DNA of 64,000 nucleotides, taken from assembly GCA_964187785.1 (NCBI GenBank), contig OZ076420.1, positions 19,034,001 through 19,098,000 on the forward strand, written 5' to 3'. Position 1 is the stretch's first letter, and each line of letters opens with the position of its first letter. A program made the position numbers and the translations under genes. The DNA is from Amphiscolops sp. MND2022. Lineage: Eukaryota. Below are positions 59,395-64,000 of the stretch, one piece after another. The notes under the pieces were generated by a model that was given only the letters and a program-made list of their open reading frames with translations, had not been told where the DNA came from and searched no databases.

Positions 59395-62300
59395 GTGAGC
59401 GGTAACTCGATCGCTATTGATAAACGCGTGGCCACCGAACTGATGGCGGTGCCCCATACAGGTTCACAATCGTGGGTCACGAGAGATGGTTCGCGTTTTT
59501 TAGACGACATGTCTGACGAAGTCACTATCGAACAACAGCGAAAAGAGGAATTGGCCGCTATGGCTCCTCCCTCAGAGAACTCCAGTGTTTCTGAAAATTC
59601 GCGTCGAACCGAGCAGTGGGTCGACGAAACTTGCCGCGAAAGAGCCAATGAAGTGGAAGAGGGCTGGCCCAATTCGAATGCAACCGATGAATTGGCGGCT
59701 GAGGAAGGGTGCTCGCGCGCACCCCCGGCTGGAGAGACACAACTTGGCTCACAGACCGACATGGAGCAGGACCTCACTTATGTGGGAGGCATGAGTTACG
59801 CGAGACAGCGAGGACTCGGGACCACTCGAGGACCTACCGGGGTCTGTGCCTACGGGAAGCACAAGAAGGTGCGACCACCCATACTACAGGTAGGCGAGCC
59901 ACGTCAAGAGGTATCCCGTGTCAGGAGTATGACAGGCTCTTTGGCCTCGTCGCAACGGTCTTCAGTATACAAGGCAGCGCTATTGGATGCCCAAGCCGAA
60001 ACCCAACGGGCCCTGGCAGGTCTGGCCAGCACTCGTGCTGAATGCAATGAGCAATATCTTGCCATCGTGGAGAACATTAAAGTGATGCAGACGACGATGC
60101 GCGAGGGCCTGCAAGTCAGCGATCAATTGCGTACCGCGCAGAATGTGCAAAATGCTCGAGTGGACAAATTGGGTCACCGGATATGAGAGATGAATGACAT
60201 GTTGATGGCTCGCGAGTTGCGCGTGGAAACGCAGATCAACGACTTAAGCAATCAGATGCACACGGTACTCAATGCCATTGATGTCATGAGGCGTGAAAGG
60301 TCACTCCCGCGGCAGCCCAGTGCAAGTGGAGGCGTGCGGAGTGGAGGTCCAGTCCGTATCTCGGAGCCGACGTGCCCGAGCCAGGTAGTGAAATCGGAAC
60401 TGCCGAGCGCGCTGAAGCCTAGCACCTCCAGGCCGGCAGTGCCTGCGCCCCGGAAGGATGAAGGAGTAGCCGGAAATTTGGTGATAGCCACGCCTGAGGC
60501 AGAGCGCAAGCCTGCACGAGTGCAGATGAGGGGACATCACGACTCAGCAGAATCATCGATGCCTTCTGCAATCCAGAGCACCACCCGAGATCAAGGCGTG
60601 GACCCGATGTCGACCATCTATCTTAATTCTTCGGTTGAAGTCGACCTATCCAACACCAAGGCAACCCTAGGCTCTCAAACCGAGGGAGCAACGTTTGCAA
60701 CTGCCCCTATTTCGATGTCAGGACCAGACTCCCTATACTTGACCGCAGACTTGTCAGCCGATCATGGACTGCCCTCGGGCACTCCCTGTGCTAGCAGCAC
60801 TCGTAAAAAGGACGAAATCGCTGACCTGTCCATACAGGCCACTCTTGATAGTCATGACGGGACGCGCGCGGGGGAGGCTAAGGTCGAAGAAGGAGAAGCC
60901 ATATCCCCTGAGCAGCTGAGATTCACGGCCGCCATATCAAAGGCGATGTCAAAAGAGTTGGCGCCCTTACTCGCCGGCAGAGACTTGGCTCAGGCGAGAC
61001 CCAATGTATATCGCGGCTCCAAAGACGGATCCATTGATGGGTGGATCCTTATTATGCAGAGAGACCTGAAGAGAACGCAAACCAAGGTCTCAGCCGAGGA
61101 CCAGGCCTGGAGCATCATCGGTCACCTTGAAGGTGAAGCCCGCAACTACATCGTCAACAAAGCGGAATCCGAACGTGACACCCCCGAGAAGGTGTTCGAA
61201 TTGTTATCCAGCCGCTTTGGCGCTGGAGGAAATCGTATGCAAGTACGACAAGCTTTCCAGAGCCGCATTCTACATGAGAAAGAAGACTGGATGCAGTATT
61301 TAGACGCTCTAGAGGGTCTTAGAAGTCAAGGATTCCCGCAAAAGACAATCACTACCAAGCGCTATGAAATCCTCCAGCGCTTCATGGAAGGCGTACGAGA
61401 CCCAGCGCTGAGGCGGGAGCTTGCCATAGTGTATGCCTCGGAAGTCTTCCTGACCGAGCCACCTACGGTGGAATCCCTTCGCTTCACCACCCGCCAATTG
61501 CAGCGCAATCGCCCCAAACCCAACCAATTCCCTCAACCCTATGACCCCAAACTAGCAATGAGGTCTAGACCTCATCCCTTCGCGCCGCTACCTCCCAACA
61601 AGATGGTATTACCACAAGGAGTAATGCCTCCCCCACCTGCGAGTAATGCCCCGCCAAATCAGGCAGCAGCGCAGCCTGCGGCACGCCTACCCGTTGGCGC
61701 GTGCTTTAATTGCGGCCAAGCTGGGCATTTTGCCCGAGACTGTCCCACCCGCGACCAAACTCGCAAACCAGTGGCAGCTCCCGAGCCAGAAGGCGTGAAA
61801 GTCACTGCTGAAGACGTAACTGATGGCGTGTTGGAGAATTATCCAGGCATTCATCAGTGTGCGCACTGTGGAGTCTATGACCATGTGGATGTCCCCTGTG
61901 GTGAGCATTCTCAAGCCCCAAGGCCTAATGATGAATTGGCCTAAAATCGATAGGCAGAGGTGGAATCCGCTGGTGTGGTCGCCCACACGGTACCCCTGGA
62001 AGATGATCGCGTGTTAATGCTGCACCCAGCGGAGCCCCCAGCGTTTCACCCCCCACTGATAGTTACATGCGGAACAAAGCAGATTCAGACGTGCTTGGAG
62101 CCCACCACGTTCGATCCACAAGGGAGAACGTTGATCTCGATTCATCTGATGCTGGCAGCCGAGCAGGTGCGTAGACCAATGCTAACCTTGGCGAAACTCT
62201 GGGTTGAGCTATCTGTCCTCTATAACCGGATGGAGTTGCCCCGCCCAAAACAGTGGCACGTCCCTGGAGAGTCGGAGACCCTGACTACATACTCGCCAGT

Positions 62301-64000
62301 ACCAGTCTGTGCAACGATGGACGGCGTGGATGTGAAATTCGAGGCTTGTGTGGTGGTAGATGTGTTCCCACCCGGCTTATGTTTGGGACCTCAAGAGTTG
62401 AAATGCTATAATATCAACCACCAAGAACCCACCGGGGAAGCGCGGATAGATGAGCGTGCGTCGCTTGTTGTCTCCTTTGTGGTGCCCCATGCGGCACCTA
62501 TCCCACTGCGAGGCCTGGTGGATACTGGTTCCGGGGTGTCCATACTAACCTTCTCCGCCTTCAACCGGGTAGCTGCACGGACCGGTGCGGTCCTGAAACC
62601 CTATCAAGTTGATTTGTACGCTGCCAATGGGAAGACAATAAAGACTTTCGGGTTGGCTGAGCAGGTACGCTTCCAGTTGGGAGGGTATGAACTCGAAACC
62701 AATTTCGTCGTGGTAGATGACGCAATGGGCGTGGAGGACTTTCTGTTGGGTCGAAACTTCCTCCGTTCCTACCAAGTCCTGGTAGATCTAACCTCCATGA
62801 AGATAGTGGTGCGAGCACCAGTGAAGCCCGTCTGGCATCATGCACACACCCAGGTAGGTGATGCTTCGCTAACTAATCCCATTGCTTTGGACAGTGACCT
62901 GGTCCTGCAGCCTTTCGAGCGTACAGTGGCAAAGGCTAAACTTGTCACCAACGCGCTTGAACCATTAATCTTCCAGACCGTGGCGCTTAACGCCTCGTTG
63001 TCTGATCCCTCATTGCAAAATACCATCTTTTTAGAGGACAGCGTGGCCACTGTCAGTGAGACAGGAACGCTGTATGTCAGTCTGGTAAACCTCACCAGCA
63101 ACCAGCAGCGTGTACGATGTGGTGCCCACCTGGGCACGGTAGTGCCTGTGTCTTTAGTATACCAGGCTGTGCCCCAAAAGCTAGATGCTACTGCGGAAAC
63201 TGACCACAAAACTGAAGCCGACAACAGTCGAGCAAATTTTGTTTATAAAGTGTACAGTGAAATGAATCTATCCACTGCTTCTGAGTTAATTTCTTCATCT
63301 GAATTTGAGTTTTTGTCTTCGACGGATCCAAGTGAAGCGGGGCTTTCGGAGCGCGAGATTTGCAAGCGCACCGATCCAGACCTATTGGCCCCGATCCCTG
63401 GGCCCGATTCTCAATTGCAAGAAGTCAAAAAACTCTGGGGCGCTAGCGCCTGCGAGTCCTTGGACAACATTCTTAACGAGTTTGATGACCTGTTCTTGAA
63501 AAGTAAGGCGGATATTGGCCGCTGTACCATTGCTAAACAAACGATAGAGGTAGAGCCTGGGGCTGTACCGCACCGTGAGGGTGCTCGCAGAATGTCCCCC
63601 GAAAAGGCTGAACGAGCCAAGCAGGAGGTTCGGAGCTTATTGGCCTTAGGGATGATACAACCTTCACTGTCCCCTTGGGCAAGTGGTATCGTAATGGTAA
63701 AAAAGAAAAGCGGGGAGTTACGTTTTTGTTGTGACTTCCGACCGCTGAATGAAGTAACCATTAAGGATGCCTACCCCCTGCCCCACATCGATGAAAGCCT
63801 GGCGCGACTAGGCAATGCAAAGATCTACACTAGCATAGATCTTGCCTGGGCTTTCTGGCAAATTCCCCTGCGAAAGGCGGACCGCCACAAGACAGCCTTT
63901 GTCTGTGAGTTGGGACTCTTCGAATGGCGAAGAATGCCATTTGGCTTGTGCATTGCATCAGCCACCTTCCAGCGAGCAATAGCGCGAGCACTACAAAAAA
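59395..64000 (+). pseudogene. pol: Third Ty3/gypsy family: single-frame gag-pro-pol with three in-frame stops, running off the window end within RT
   Basis: Everything is in frame +1: stops at 60184-60186, 61942-61944 and 61951-61953; knuckle CFNCGQAGHFARDC; protease LVDTGSGVS (DTG at 62521-62529); RT SPWASGIVMVKKKSGELRFCCDFRPLN...DAYPLP...KTAF...MPFGL. Open from 61954 to 64000; this last part is missing from the ORF track. Confidence 0.92.

Noticed and set aside
1-64000. CRISPR arrays, rRNA genes, bacterial operons
   Set aside because: No regularly spaced repeat-spacer array or rRNA-like sequence; spliceosomal introns and LTR elements show the DNA is eukaryotic.

Overview
This is repeat-dense eukaryotic (animal) genomic DNA, with no prokaryotic genes, rRNA or CRISPR. 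One host gene is visible: a class A (rhodopsin-like) 7TM GPCR. I reconstruct it from 7 short + strand exons (17822-45814) whose GT-AG phases match, except for one junction that needs a 1-nt indel in exon 4. The main feature is a complete, young 15,575-bp Ty3/gypsy LTR retrotransposon (27321-42895) inside a GPCR intron, with two 1628-bp LTRs and a GACGC target-site duplication. After gag and pol it carries an accessory cassette where env would normally sit. The cassette holds an antisense, intron-containing gene with a BED-like zinc finger and hAT-transposase-like features, and a divergent sense 279-aa ORF with two SUMO-interacting-motif-like segments. That ORF reads through the polypurine tract into the 3' LTR, and its C-terminal tail is conserved at the amino-acid level in two other diverged LTRs in the window. 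The first ~187 codons of gag also lie inside the LTR, so both reverse-transcription priming sites are within coding sequence. Also present: a decayed Polinton/Maverick fragment (integrase end, penton, hexon), an old Ty1/copia element, solo and partial LTRs, two more Ty3/gypsy elements, Helentron-type non-autonomous elements, a MITE-like element with a tRNA-like core, and a 200-N assembly gap. All family assignments come from motif recognition by eye; no database searches were run.
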